From: the human T2T-CHM13v2.0 reference genome, Homo sapiens
DNA length: 64,000 nucleotides
Strand: one strand, 5' to 3'
NCBI RefSeq assembly: GCF_009914755.1
Contig: NC_060930.1
Position 1 is the stretch's first letter. The number at the start of each line of letters is the position of its first letter. The position numbers and the translations under genes are program-made. The notes beneath the pieces were generated by a model. The model worked only from the letters and a program-made list of their open reading frames with translations, had not been told where the DNA came from and did no database searches. This document shows positions 11,687-25,322 of the stretch, in pieces.

Positions 11687-14600
11687 GCATCTAATAGGAT
11701 TCAGGAATCAAAGAATCAGTGTACTCAGGTGGTACAGGAAAGAGAGAGCCTTCTGGTGAAAATCAAAGTCCTGGAGCAAGACAAGGCAAGGCTGCAGAGG
11801 CTGGAGGATGAGCTGAATCGTGCAAAATCAACTCTAGAGGCAGAAACCAGGGTGAAACAGCGCCTGGAGTGTGAGAAACAGCAAATTCAGAATGACCTGA
11901 ATCAGTGGAAGACTCAATATTCCCGCAAGGAGGAGGCTATTAGGAAGATAGAATCGGAAAGAGAAAAGAGTGAGAGAGAGAAGAACAGTCTTAGGAGTGA
12001 GATCGAAAGACTCCAAGCAGAGATCAAGAGAATTGAAGAGAGGTGCAGGCGTAAGCTGGAGGATTCTACCAGGGAGACACAGTCACAGTTAGAAACAGAA
12101 CGCTCCCGATATCAGAGGGAGATTGATAAACTCAGACAGCGCCCATATGGGTCCCATCGAGAGACCCAGACTGAGTGTGAGTGGACCGTTGACACCTCCA
12201 AGCTGGTGTTTGATGGGCTGAGGAAGAAGGTGACAGCAATGCAGCTCTATGAGTGTCAGCTGATCGACAAAACAACCTTGGACAAACTATTGAAGGGGAA
12301 GAAGTCAGTGGAAGAAGTTGCTTCTGAAATCCAGCCATTCCTTCGGGGTGCAGGATCTATCGCTGGAGCATCTGCTTCTCCTAAGGAAAAATACTCTTTG
12401 GTAGAGGCCAAGAGAAAGAAATTAATCAGCCCAGAATCCACAGTCATGCTTCTGGAGGCCCAGGCAGCTACAGGTGGTATAATTGATCCCCATCGGAATG
12501 AGAAGCTGACTGTCGACAGTGCCATAGCTCGGGACCTCATTGACTTCGATGACCGTCAGCAGATATATGCAGCAGAAAAAGCTATCACTGGTTTTGATGA
12601 TCCATTTTCAGGCAAGACAGTATCTGTTTCAGAAGCCATCAAGAAAAATTTGATTGATAGAGAAACCGGAATGCGCCTGCTGGAAGCCCAGATTGCTTCA
12701 GGGGGTGTAGTAGACCCTGTGAACAGTGTCTTTTTGCCAAAAGATGTCGCCTTGGCCCGGGGGCTGATTGATAGAGATTTGTATCGATCCCTGAATGATC
12801 CCCGAGATAGTCAGAAAAACTTTGTGGATCCAGTCACCAAAAAGAAGGTCAGTTACGTGCAGCTGAAGGAACGGTGCAGAATCGAACCACATACTGGTCT
12901 GCTCTTGCTTTCAGTACAGAAGAGAAGCATGTCCTTCCAAGGAATCAGACAACCTGTGACCGTCACTGAGCTAGTAGATTCTGGTATATTGAGACCGTCC
13001 ACTGTCAATGAACTGGAATCTGGTCAGATTTCTTATGACGAGGTTGGTGAGAGAATTAAGGACTTCCTCCAGGGTTCAAGCTGCATAGCAGGCATATACA
13101 ATGAGACCACAAAACAGAAGCTTGGCATTTATGAGGCCATGAAAATTGGCTTAGTCCGACCTGGTACTGCTCTGGAGTTGCTGGAAGCCCAAGCAGCTAC
13201 TGGCTTTATAGTGGATCCTGTTAGCAACTTGAGGTTACCAGTGGAGGAAGCCTACAAGAGAGGTCTGGTGGGCATTGAGTTCAAAGAGAAGCTCCTGTCT
13301 GCAGAACGAGCTGTCACTGGGTATAATGATCCTGAAACAGGAAACATCATCTCTTTGTTCCAAGCCATGAATAAGGAACTCATCGAAAAGGGCCACGGTA
13401 TTCGCTTATTAGAAGCACAGATCGCAACCGGGGGGATCATTGACCCAAAGGAGAGCCATCGTTTACCAGTTGACATAGCATATAAGAGGGGCTATTTCAA
13501 TGAGGAACTCAGTGAGATTCTCTCAGATCCAAGTGATGATACCAAAGGATTTTTTGACCCCAACACTGAAGAAAATCTTACCTATCTGCAACTAAAAGAA
13601 AGATGCATTAAGGATGAGGAAACAGGGCTCTGTCTTCTGCCTCTGAAAGAAAAGAAGAAACAGGTGCAGACATCACAAAAGAATACCCTCAGGAAGCGTA
13701 GAGTGGTCATAGTTGACCCAGAAACCAATAAAGAAATGTCTGTTCAGGAGGCCTACAAGAAGGGCCTAATTGATTATGAAACCTTCAAAGAACTGTGTGA
13801 GCAGGAATGTGAATGGGAAGAAATAACCATCACGGGATCAGATGGCTCCACCAGGGTGGTCCTGGTAGATAGAAAGACAGGCAGTCAGTATGATATTCAA
13901 GATGCTATTGACAAGGGCCTTGTTGACAGGAAGTTCTTTGATCAGTACCGATCCGGCAGCCTCAGCCTCACTCAATTTGCTGACATGATCTCCTTGAAAA
14001 ATGGTGTCGGCACCAGCAGCAGCATGGGCAGTGGTGTCAGCGATGATGTTTTTAGCAGCTCCCGACATGAATCAGTAAGTAAGATTTCCACCATATCCAG
14101 CGTCAGGAATTTAACCATAAGGAGCAGCTCTTTTTCAGACACCCTGGAAGAATCGAGCCCCATTGCAGCCATCTTTGACACAGAAAACCTGGAGAAAATC
14201 TCCATTACAGAAGGTATAGAGCGGGGCATCGTTGACAGCATCACGGGTCAGAGGCTTCTGGAGGCTCAGGCCTGCACAGGTGGCATCATCCACCCAACCA
14301 CGGGCCAGAAGCTGTCACTTCAGGACGCAGTCTCCCAGGGTGTGATTGACCAAGACATGGCCACCAGGCTGAAGCCTGCTCAGAAAGCCTTCATAGGCTT
14401 CGAGGGTGTGAAGGGAAAGAAGAAGATGTCAGCAGCAGAGGCAGTGAAAGAAAAATGGCTCCCGTATGAGGCTGGCCAGCGCTTCCTGGAGTTCCAGTAC
14501 CTCACGGGAGGTCTTGTTGACCCGGAAGTGCATGGGAGGATAAGCACCGAAGAAGCCATCCGGAAGGGGTTCATAGATGGCCGCGCCGCACAGAGGCTGC

Positions 14601-14923
14601 AAGACACCAGCAGCTATGCCAAAATCCTGACCTGCCCCAAAACCAAATTAAAAATATCCTATAAGGATGCCATAAATCGCTCCATGGTAGAAGATATCAC
14701 TGGGCTGCGCCTTCTGGAAGCCGCCTCCGTGTCGTCCAAGGGCTTACCCAGCCCTTACAACATGTCTTCGGCTCCGGGGTCCCGCTCCGGCTCCCGCTCG
14801 GGATCTCGCTCCGGATCTCGCTCCGGGTCCCGCAGTGGGTCCCGGAGAGGAAGCTTTGACGCCACAGGGAATTCTTCCTACTCTTATTCCTACTCATTTA
14901 GCAGTAGTTCTATTGGGCACTAG
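11687..14923 (+). CDS. DSP: Desmoplakin terminal exon 24: end of rod, plakin repeat domains A, B, C and GSRS tail
   Basis: ttccAG|GCA acceptor; ORF 11639..14923; recurring [14 protein letters not shown] plectin repeats; ends ...SSSSIGH-TAG. Confidence 0.98.
14777..14854 (+). repeat. DSP: Coding 12-nt repeat encoding (GSRS)5-GSRRGS, the phosphorylation/Arg-methylation tail of DSP (Ser2849 codon 14852-14854)
   Basis: Direct translation; the Ser is the 23rd residue from the C-terminus of the 2,871-aa protein. Confidence 0.9.
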
Positions 14924-15760
14924 TAGTCAGTTGGGAGTGGTTGCTATACCTTGACTTCATTTATATGAATTTCCACTTTATTAAATAATAGAAAAGAAAA
15001 TCCCGGTGCTTGCAGTAGAGTGATAGGACATTCTATGCTTACAGAAAATATAGCCATGATTGAAATCAAATAGTAAAGGCTGTTCTGGCTTTTTATCTTC
15101 TTAGCTCATCTTAAATAAGTAGTACACTTGGATGCAGTGCGTCTGAAGTGCTAATCAGTTGTAACAATAGCACAAATCGAACTTAGGATTTGTTTCTTCT
15201 CTTCTGTGTTTCGATTTTTGATCAATTCTTTAATTTTGGAAGCCTATAATACAGTTTTCTATTCTTGGAGATAAAAATTAAATGGATCACTGATATTTTA
15301 GTCATTCTGCTTCTCATCTAAATATTTCCATATTCTGTATTAGGAGAAAATTACCCTCCCAGCACCAGCCCCCCTCTCAAACCCCCAACCCAAAACCAAG
15401 CATTTTGGAATGAGTCTCCTTTAGTTTCAGAGTGTGGATTGTATAACCCATATACTCTTCGATGTACTTGTTTGGTTTGGTATTAATTTGACTGTGCATG
15501 ACAGCGGCAATCTTTTCTTTGGTCAAAGTTTTCTGTTTATTTTGCTTGTCATATTCGATGTACTTTAAGGTGTCTTTATGAAGTTTGCTATTCTGGCAAT
15601 AAACTTTTAGACTTTTGAAGTGTTTGTGTTTTAATTTAATATGTTTATAAGCATGTATAAACATTTAGCATATTTTTATCATAGGTCTAAAAATATTTGT
15701 TTACTAAATACCTGTGAAGAAATACCATTAAAAAACTATTTGGTTCTGAATTCTTACTAG
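14924..15760 (+). other. DSP: DSP 3'UTR with candidate poly(A) signals AATAAA (15598-15603) and ATTAAA (15727-15732)
   Basis: AU-rich unique sequence after the stop; hexamers seen directly; GU-rich tract after ~15760; cleavage site inferred. Confidence 0.75.
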
Positions 15761-16702
15761 AAGGTGGTCTTTTGAAGTTAGTCCTTTCGGTACTTCTCAG
15801 ATGCCTGTCATGTACCCGATGGAGTCCTTGGAAAGAAGGCCTGTGTAAAGAGGCCAGCCTGGAGGTCAATAACCTGTTCTAGTTTATTCTGGACATTGAG
15901 TACCAAGTAGCATTGGCAAAAGTCATCATCATAGCATTGAAAAAACATGAAGTTGCTAAGATGCTTTTTGGGTATCCTCAAAATAGATAGTGTTTCACTT
16001 TGTCCCGTAAGAGGAAAGAATTGTCCTGGAACCCATGAAAATGATTTCTGAAGAGTTCTTGGCTCTCTGTTGAAGGACAAGGAAGTATAAGCCTATTCCT
16101 TTGGATCAAAGAGAAACTACTGAAATTCACACATTTGTCATTAGATTAACATGACTTCACTGAATACCCACCATGTCTAGTATTGGGTTAGGTACTATGA
16201 AGACTGAGTAGAATTTACAAGCCCCCGACAACAAAGCATTGGCAATATGGGTGGGGACAGAAACAGATAAAGCAATCAGTGGGACAACTTTCAAATGTCA
16301 GCAGTATATATTAATACAAATTTTATAGTACAGATAGAAAATAGGAAAACATGCTAATTGTATAGAACAAAAATCAAGATTAGATTAATTATTGGGGGCT
16401 TTTGGTACTTAGGGTGAAAGTCACCTCCATTCTCATTGCATGGGCTATTTTTCCTCCACAGCACTCTTTTCTTCCTTATTTCACCTCTTCTTCCTTACTC
16501 CCTCTCCTAATTTGGAGGAGTTGAAATTAATTTTATGCATTAAATACTGAGTTCGCGTGCCATGCATTGTGCCAGAAGCCATGGAGTCTGTGCTAGAAAT
16601 ACATGGTGAAAAAGAGCCCTCATAATCCAAAAGGAAGAAGAAAATGTGGTAAATGCTGTATTGGGAAAAATGAAGGAAATTCCTTATGCTAGAGCTGGGA
16701 GA

Positions 16703-17005
16703 CTATATTAGTCACCTCACCCTGCCATAACAAGATGCCACAGACTGTGAGCGGCTTAAACGGAAGTGTATTTTCTCACAGTTCTGGAAGCTAAAAGTAC
16801 AAGCTCAAGATGCAGGCAGGGCTGGTTTCTAGTGAAACCTGGCTCATGGGTGGCTATCAGTCTTATCTGATTAGAGTACCCACCCCTCCTTTATGACCTC
16901 ATTTAACTTTAATTACCTCTTAGGGCTCTATCTCCTTATACAGTCACATTGTGGGTTGGTACTTCAACATAGGCATTTTTGAGGGACTCAATCCAATCCA
17001 TAACA
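16703..17005 (-). mobile_element. MaLR LTR (MLT1A/B-like)
   Basis: ttttctcacagttctggaagct...tatgacctcatttaactttaattacctc...cttcaacata. Confidence 0.75.
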
Positions 17006-17374
17006 GAGGCCTAGCCTAGAACAGGAGTCTGGAGACCACTCCAGGAAAGTGATATCAAAACAGATCAGCAGCATCAGTGTAGAGCAGTTCCTCGGGCTGA
17101 AACAGTAACTAGAGAGTACAGTCAATTGACAAATCTTTCCTACTCCCTCCAGGCTTGTGCCAATGTTGTCATGAAGCTCTGAGATGACATGGGGCTGTAT
17201 CCTGAAGAGAGGATATGTTTGACGTGGGCTAAGTTTTAATTTGGTTCACATATACAAACAGGGAAATATACACTAGAACTTTTTATCAGGAGTCATGTCA
17301 CATCAGAAATAGTCTCAAATTTTTCCAGACCAACCAGCTAACTATGGAAATGCAAATAAAAAGTAAGGATACCG

Positions 17375-17725
<351 letters not shown>

Positions 17726-17959
17726 CTAGCCACTTCTGTATTTTATGGTGCTGCCTATTTATAGTCTTATGACTATTTTTTTAAGTGAGAACCGTGCTAT
17801 TTGCCTTTAGAAATAATTGTTCACCAAAAAATTCCCCCACAGTTCCTTCACATGGGTAAACAAAGTGCAAAAGGAAACCAAGGTTTGACACTTGGGCTTG
17901 AAAAAATTTTAAAAAGTAATATAAAATGGGTTAGATTCTAGGAGTTGAAACCATTTGGG

Positions 17960-19060
17960 GAAACTACAAGGGCTAATTCCAGGTGTTGGGTAGGAAATGT
18001 ACAAAGTTAAGCTTGTGTTATCAAAGCAAGAAAGCATTCAAGGACTAATAGGGATACATGAAAGACACAGATGGCTTAATGTGGCTTCCACTGGCCACAT
18101 TTGGGACAATTTGAGCATCAACAAGAATTATGATGTTAAAGGAGTATATTATATTGAATTAAAAAAAAACCTTAAATCAATAACTTTAAAAACACCTTGA
18201 TTCCCATAGTGAAGCAAACACTAAAATGGAGGTGTGGAAAGAATGCCAGTTAATAAACATAAAAGGCATGATACTATTGCGGAATCACTTATAACTCCTA
18301 ATGTAACAACAGATTCAGTGAAGGACTGTATCAAGGAGTTGGGGAACAGGTTATTCTTATGGACTCAAGGTATAATCCACAGATTGCTTACCAATTCCTA
18401 AGAGGAAAATGTACTATTAGAATGAAGAGATGTAGCCACCACCTTTACCAAGTGATCAAATTTAGCATTACTAATATAACTGAGTTATGCGTCCCCGTGA
18501 GTTGGCAACATCTCTTAGGTAGTATTGCAAAAGTGCTCAAACTGAATCTAATCATGAGGGAAACAAAATCTGACAAATCCAGAATGAGAGAGATTCTACA
18601 AGACAACTGGCCTAGGCTCATCACAACATGTAATGATTTAATAATTTAAAAAGGAGGGTGAAGGAGGCTGATCTGGATTAAAAGAGACAATAACTAATTA
18701 TAGCTTATGAGTTGAAAAAATAAAACTGCTATAGAAATAATTTTGGGGACAATGGGGAAATTTGAATATGAACTGTATAATAAATGATTTTATGGACTTA
18801 CTAATTTTCTTAGGTTTGATCATGTATTGCGGTTACACAGGAAAATGTTCTTATTCTTAGAACATGCATGCTAACATATTTGGGGGTGAAAAATCTGCAA
18901 CTTACTTTCAAAGAATTCAGCAAAAATCATTGGGTGGGGCTGTGAATGTGGAGAGAAGAGACGGAGAGAAATCAAACCTGGCAAAATGTTGACAATGAGC
19001 TGAAGGACGGCTAAACGAAAGCTCATTGTACTATTTTTAAAACTTTTCTGTAGCTATAAG
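17960..19060 (+). mobile_element. Degraded L1M (L1MC/ME-like) 3' fragments
   Basis: ctgaatctaatcatgaggg...gacaaatccagaatgagagagattcta; ggggacaatggggaaatttgaatatg; cattgtactatttt. Confidence 0.55.
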
Positions 19061-19164
19061 CCGTTTTTTCTGAGGAAGTCGAGGAGGGCGAATATCTTTC
19101 TGGAAAGGCCAGAGCAAATGCACGCAAGAGCTGAGAAAAGATTGGAAAACGCCTCTCAAAATAA

Positions 19165-19739
19165 CAGTCCCGCCCTTCCCGGGACTCTTCCCTATAGGCT
19201 GTTCAAGTCACGTGGCGACTGTGGCCCCGCCCACAGCTCCCAGAGGCCTGCGCGTGCGGTCTGCAGTTCGGCCGCTTCCTCTTGGCGGGTGGGCTGCAGC
19301 TATGGAGGGCGAGCCTCCACCTGTGGAGGAGCGGCGGCGGCTGCAGGAGGAGCTGAACGAGTTCGTGGAGAGCGGCTGCCGGACGTTGGAGGAGGTGACC
19401 GCGTCCCTGGGCTGGGACCTAGATAGTCTGGATCCCGGGGAAGAGGAGGCGGCGGAGGTGAGGGGCGCGGCCGCGGGGCCCTTTCGGGGACTGTCGGCCC
19501 GGGGTCTTCTCTGGAAGAAGGGAGATCCGCACTGGCAGCCGCGGAGGGAAGGGCGAGGAGTCCTCGTCCGTGTGCAGAGCCGCGATGGGCGCCTGGGACC
19601 CGAGGGGCGCCGCGGGCCCTGGAGCAACCCTGACGTCCCTGGGTTCCGGGCTGGGGCGCGCGAGGGACTCCCGAAGGCTCCACATCGACCTCCAGTGCGG
19701 CGCTCCTCCCGCGCAACTTCGAGTTTAAAGAAAACCGGG

Positions 19740-19760
<21 letters not shown>
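19165..19760 (+). promoter_or_regulatory. SNRNP48: SNRNP48 CpG-island promoter and first exon region
   Basis: High GC and CpG; E-box GTCACGTG 19207-19214; GC box GGCCCCGCCC 19223-19232; NRF1-like TGCGCGTGCG ~19249-19258; ETS-like CGCTTCCT ~19273-19280; no TATA box. Confidence 0.85.
19302..19457 (+). CDS. SNRNP48: U11/U12 snRNP 48 kDa protein, coding exon 1
   Basis: GCTATGG Kozak context; MEGEPPPVEERRRLQEELNEFVESG...EAAE; GAG|GTgagg donor; 156 nt. Confidence 0.95.
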
Positions 19761-20111
<351 letters not shown>

Positions 20112-20915
20112 TCAGAGCGCTGCAGAGGGATTGGCGGTTTGCATTGTCATCTGTCATACGGATTCCGCAGTTGCACCAGATTCGGTGTCAGGAGAGCTGG
20201 GAGTTTGCCAGTTCGCCTTTCTGTGCCTTAAAATTGGACACTTCTGACTGGGACAGCACCAATTCTAGGATTATTAAAGGTTGTCACCAAGAGGTGGTAA
20301 CTGGCAACTCCTGTGGACATTAGAATTGCTTTTTTAAAAATGTAGGCAAGTGTATTTAGAGTGAACATTCGTGATTTTTGTTTTTTTGTGGGGTATTTTC
20401 GGTGGAATGAGAGGAAGGGAAGTGCTCCAATGTGGGGTAATTCATTATCTTTACTATTACTTCTGGGTTTACCATGCTGTGATAATTTCTGCTGGGTTTA
20501 AGTTACATGACTGATTCCTCAGAGGCATTTAAAATATATTTGATTTCTGTATATACCATTCATTATTTATTGTATTAAAAGCACAGAGGAAATTAAAAAA
20601 TCTTTAATATTCATTTAGAGGGGTATTTGAAGCTGGGAATTCCACTGAGTGGGGCTTACCAGACCCTTCCATACATTGTTTACTCAGCATTGCGGTAACA
20701 TTGGATTCCTTGTATTAACGTTTAAATAGCACTTTGTTTGCCACTTACATTACTTCATTTAATACTCAAAATAACCCTATGAGGTAGGTATCTTTGGCCA
20801 CATTTTATAGACGAGGAAAGGAACACAGAAGTGATAATTTGTCGAAGGATACACTGCTAGTAAATGGCAGTTAGGATTTCCGCCGGTGTTTTAGTACTGA
20901 AATTTAGTGAACAAC

Positions 20916-21033
20916 AGTCCTAGTTGTCATCTGTTCCTAGTTGTCACCTAGTTCCTAGTCCTCACAGAGCTAGTCCTAGTTGTCACCTAGTTCCTAGTCC
21001 TAGTTGTCACCTAGTTCCTAGTCCTCACAGAGC
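20916..21033 (+). repeat. Compound CCTAG-rich minisatellite
   Basis: Repeated units cctagttgtcac, ctagttcctagt and cctcacagagct. Confidence 0.85.
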
Positions 21034-22680
21034 TTATTGTCTGGTGGTGATGAGGGGTAATACGGATAACTGAACCATTATATTATCATGGGTCTGTGAT
21101 GGGTGGGGTTGGAATTGCTATAGTACAGTTTATTGTAGGCGGTGGTGGACAAAGTGGTGGTCAGCAAAGGCTTCCTGGACAAAGTGAATTCTAAGCTGAT
21201 AAATAAAAGTGAGTTGAATTGGCTAGGGGGTTGGCGGGTGTGGGGAAGAAGCATCAACAGCATGTGTAGAAGTTCAGAGACAGGGAGTGACCAGATCGGG
21301 AAGCCTCAAGTAGTTAAGGATAGCTAGAGCATAGAGTGTAGAGTTAGAGTAGAATGGTGATGGTGGGTAGAGGTCAGATCTTAAAGGTCCTTGTCAGCCA
21401 TATTAGAAAGTCTAGATTTTTTTTTTTTTTTTTAATGAAGGCAGTGGGGAGGTATGGAATTATTTTAAGCCAGGGCATATTATAATCACATTTACCTTTT
21501 AATAAAATAATAGCATACATTTATTGAATGCTTGCTATGTACCAGGCCCTATTTGAATTCCTTTATGTGTATAAACTTTGGTATACTTTTTTAAATCTTC
21601 ACAATCACTTTGTGAGAGAGGTCCTGCTATTATTTTTATTTTATATAATAGAAAATGAGGCAAAGAGAGATTAAGTACCTCACCCAGTTTCATGCAGCCA
21701 GTAAGTGGCAGAGATGGAATTCAAACCAGCTACAGGATGGAAACTGAAGGGGAGGGCAGCAAGACTGGAAGCAGAGAGAGAGAGCAAGAGTGAGAGAGAG
21801 CGAGCGAGCGTAGTCAGGAGATGGTGTTGTATTCCAGGAGAGAGTTGATGATACCCTGAGTTGGGGAAGTGACAGTGGGGATGGAGGATGTTGAGGGATT
21901 TTCAGAAATATTTAGGAGTTAAATTGGCAGGACTAGGTGATTGATTGGATGTGGGTGATGAGGGAGAAGTAGTTTCTTGCTTGAGCAAGGGGGACCTTTC
22001 ACTGAAATAGAAAAGTACAAAAGGAATAGATTTGAGGGTTGGGAGATGATGAATATAATTAATTTATTTTTGTTTGTGTTGAACTTTTAGTGTCTTTAAT
22101 ATACGGTACTGGAGAGAAACAAGGTTTAAAGATCTAAATTTTGGGAGTCCTCACTGTATAGTGAGAGTTGTAGCTTTGAGATCTTTCAGTAAGCATATAT
22201 TAAACAGCAAAAGGTCAGTGGTTATATTAATACTTACATGAAAACCAACATCTAAAGGGGGACAAATAGAGCAAGGAAGACAGATATTTAGGATATTTAG
22301 AGGAGACCAAGTAGAAGAAGCCAGAGAGGTAGAAAGAACATGAGGGGTGTGTCAGAATCACAGATGGACAATTGGAGTGTGACCTTCCAAGAGTTCAGAT
22401 AAAACAAGACAGTGACATGTTTTTGGCTTTAGTAACAAGGTTATTAGTGACCTATTGACTGGTTTCAGTGGGGTGATGGTGGCAATGAGTGAGGAATCGT
22501 TATAGGTGAGGTGAGGTTGTTTAGACAGTGAGTGTAAATACACCTTTCAAAGAGTTAGGCTTTGAAGGAGTGGAGAGAGGACAGGGGCATTTAGGGAGTT
22601 AGGGGTTGAAGGAGTTTTATTTTTCTTTAATACACAACTACATGGGGGTTGAGAGAGGCCTGTAGAAGAGGATGCACTAT
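21030..22680 (+). mobile_element. Degraded L2 fragments with an internal MIR
   Basis: Purine-rich L2-like text (ggcttcctgga..., ggtgattgattggatgtggg..., gagtttta); MIR core ~21510-21730. Confidence 0.55.
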
Positions 22681-22777
22681 ACAGTACTGGTACATAATTA
22701 AATGGTAAACATTTAATGGTAATTATTTATTTAAATATTATGTACCTATTTTCTTTGTTTCTGTTTGATTTTTATAG

Positions 22778-22891
22778 GATGAAGTTGTGATATGTCCATA
22801 CGATTCCAATCATCACATGCCTAAATCATCTTTGGCAAAGCACATGGCATCTTGTAGATTGAGGAAAATGGGCTATACCAAAGAAGAAGAG
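22778..22891 (+). CDS. SNRNP48: SNRNP48 exon 2 (CHHC zinc finger that binds the U12-type 5' splice site)
   Basis: ttatAG|GAT and GAG|GTacca; DEVVICPYDSNHHMPKSSLAKHMASC (C-x5-H-x9-H-x3-C); 114 nt. Confidence 0.95.
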
Positions 22892-23142
22892 GTACCATAT
22901 ATTTACTATATTATATATACATATATGTCATGCATTTTACACATTAATTCACAATTTTTGGAAGTTACAATGTGAGGTTCACTGACAAAATAATAGCCCT
23001 TACTTGAAGGGTTGGTTGGTACTTGCCTAATTGCACAAATTATTGTGAGAAATAATTAAGTGATACTAATCTATTGTTTAGGTCAAGTCTTAAAATAGTC
23101 AATTATCTGATACTTAAGAACAGTAAGATTCTTTTTTTTCAG

Positions 23143-23203
23143 GATGAAATGTATAATCCTGAGTTTTTCTATGAAAATGTGAAGATACCTTCGATTACTT
23201 TGA
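23143..23203 (+). CDS. SNRNP48: SNRNP48 exon 3
   Basis: tttcAG|GAT and TGA|GTaagt; 61 nt; DEMYNPEFFYENVKIPSITL. Confidence 0.93.
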
Positions 23204-24070
23204 GTAAGTATTAAGTTATTATAATTTAAAAATATCTTAGTGTAGATATTGATTTTTCATTTTTGCATTATGAAAAGAATGGATTGTATAAGCATGCTTA
23301 TGACAAGGACATTTAGTACCTTAAGAGAATGTAGAATTAATTAATGTACAAGGCAACTAATTCACATAATCTGAAGTTTAGAGACCAGGCTTGTATTAAT
23401 AGGCAGTGAAAACCTTACAAAGCTTTGTATAGTAGAGCAGACACCTTCTTTCTCAGTTACAACAAAAATTTGAGCATGTGACACAGATTGAAGGATGAGA
23501 CTGAAGATGGACATGTGTTCCAGGGATTGACAGCATATATAGAGGTTAAAGTCTTGGGCTCTGGAAAAAGAATGTCCTGATTCAACTCCTGTTTTTATCA
23601 TGAAAGATGTGACTTTCAGCGAGGTAATTAACCTGTTTGTTGCCTAAATTTCTTTATAAAATGGAGATGGTTATAATAGCACTTTGCGAAGATTAAGTGA
23701 TATATATATATAATATTCTTAGAATAGTGTCAGGCACTTAGCTGGAGTCAGCTAGAGGGTCACAGAGTTGTGACCATTACAGCACAGGCTTCAAGAATGT
23801 TAGCTATTATTGGTCAGTAAAATTTGTCGCTGCTACTGCTGCGTGCCTAATTATAGGCATGAACTGCTTGAAGTCTGATTACTTACTGGGCTGTAGATAA
23901 ATCTGAAAGGATTCTGTGTTCAGATTTCATAGACAGGGATGTGGATGTTTCTTAAGATTCTGGAAGGTTTGTCCACGTGCCCAAAGGGCTTGGATCAGAA
24001 ACCAGTTAATAATTTAATTGTGGTCACTGATGATTCATATTGTATTTATGGATTTTTTTTTTTTTGACAG

Positions 24071-24145
24071 ATAAGGACTCACAATTCCAGATAATTAAAC
24101 AAGCTAGAACTGCAGTTGGGAAAGACAGTGATTGTTATAATCAAA
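24071..24145 (+). CDS. SNRNP48: SNRNP48 exon 4
   Basis: tgacAG|AT and AAA|GTaagt; 75 nt; KDSQFQIIKQARTAVGKDSDCYNQ. Confidence 0.93.
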
Positions 24146-24448
24146 GTAAGTGGCATTACAGTTTAAGTGAATTAAAGAATGAAATTATTATTTTTCTCAT
24201 AAGCATGTTACTAATTTTCTTCAAGAAAAACCTGTGAAAACTGTTACATGGGAAAGGTAAAGTTTTACATTTAACATTGGGCTAATTTGCTTCGTTTCAA
24301 CTTCATTTGTTAGATATTTCCTGTTGAGATACACCAGAGTCTCACTAAGACACTATCTTAGCTAGGGGTTCATCCTTTGGAATTACCTGGCGATTTATAG
24401 GTGAGATTGTCTTGTGGCTAATTAAAAAAAATTATTATTTAGTAAATA

Positions 24449-24652
24449 CAGATGGTCCCAACTTAATGATGATTTAATTTAGGATTTTTTCAATTTTATG
24501 GTGTTGTGAAAACAATACACAATCACAAGGTTTTAGACTTTAAGTACTAGTGATTCTTTTATCAGACGCTGGGCTGCATTTTCAACTTAACGGTATTTTC
24601 AGTTTATGATGGGTTTATCGGGATGTAACCCCATGTAAGTCAAGGAACATCT
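24449..24652 (-). mobile_element. MER47/Tigger5-like DNA transposon (internally deleted)
   Basis: Termini cagatggtcccaactta... and gatgggtttatcgggatgtaaccccat...aagtcaaggaacatct. Confidence 0.65.
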
Positions 24653-25026
24653 ATAAATGCCACTGAGTGAGGCTCTTTTACTCTTGAGATTTCCTCTCTT
24701 TAGAGTGTTGAAATGCAGTGTAAAGAAAAGGCTTAGGCTAAAAGAGATTAGTCTCCACAGCTACCCTCAGATTGCTTGCTACCCAGTAAGTGAGTTGGTT
24801 TGAGGTGATGAATGCTTGGGATCCCCTTCTCAGAAAAAAAGTACAAACACAAAAGTTTTACATATAATTTCAGAGGATTCATATTAATAGATCCTTTCAT
24901 GCCCAGCTTTAGAGCTGGGTTAAAGAGTTTCTCCCTGGGAACCTCAGCAGAGAGTAGGTTAGAAGTTTTAAGCATAAGCTTTTAGGAAATTGAAAGAAAA
25001 CTTAATCCATCAAAAACATAGACATA

Positions 25027-25322
25027 GGCCAGACACGGTGGCTCATGCCTGTCATCCCAGCACTTTGGGAGGCCGAGGCAGGTGGATCATCTGAGGTGAG
25101 AAGTTCAAGACCACCCTGGCCAACATGGCGAAACCCTGTCTTTACTAAAAAATGCAAAAATTAGCCGGGCATGGTGGCAAGCACCTGTAATCCCAGCTAC
25201 TCAGGAGACCGAGGCAGGAAGAATTGCTTGAACCCAGGAGGCGGAGGTTTCATTGAGCCAAGATTGCACCATTGCACTCCAGCCTGGGCAACAGAGCGAG
25301 ACTCCATCTCAAAAAAAAAAAA
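25027..25322 (+). mobile_element. AluS
   Basis: Full Alu; TSD acatagaca. Confidence 0.95.

Noticed and set aside
8836-14897. Many 60-134 aa minus-strand ORFs under DSP exons 23 and 24
   Set aside because: Antisense shadows of codon-biased coiled-coil and plakin coding sequence; Ser/Leu/Phe-rich with no independent gene signals
20916-21033. CRISPR-like array
   Set aside because: No unique spacers and human context; simple nested tandem duplication
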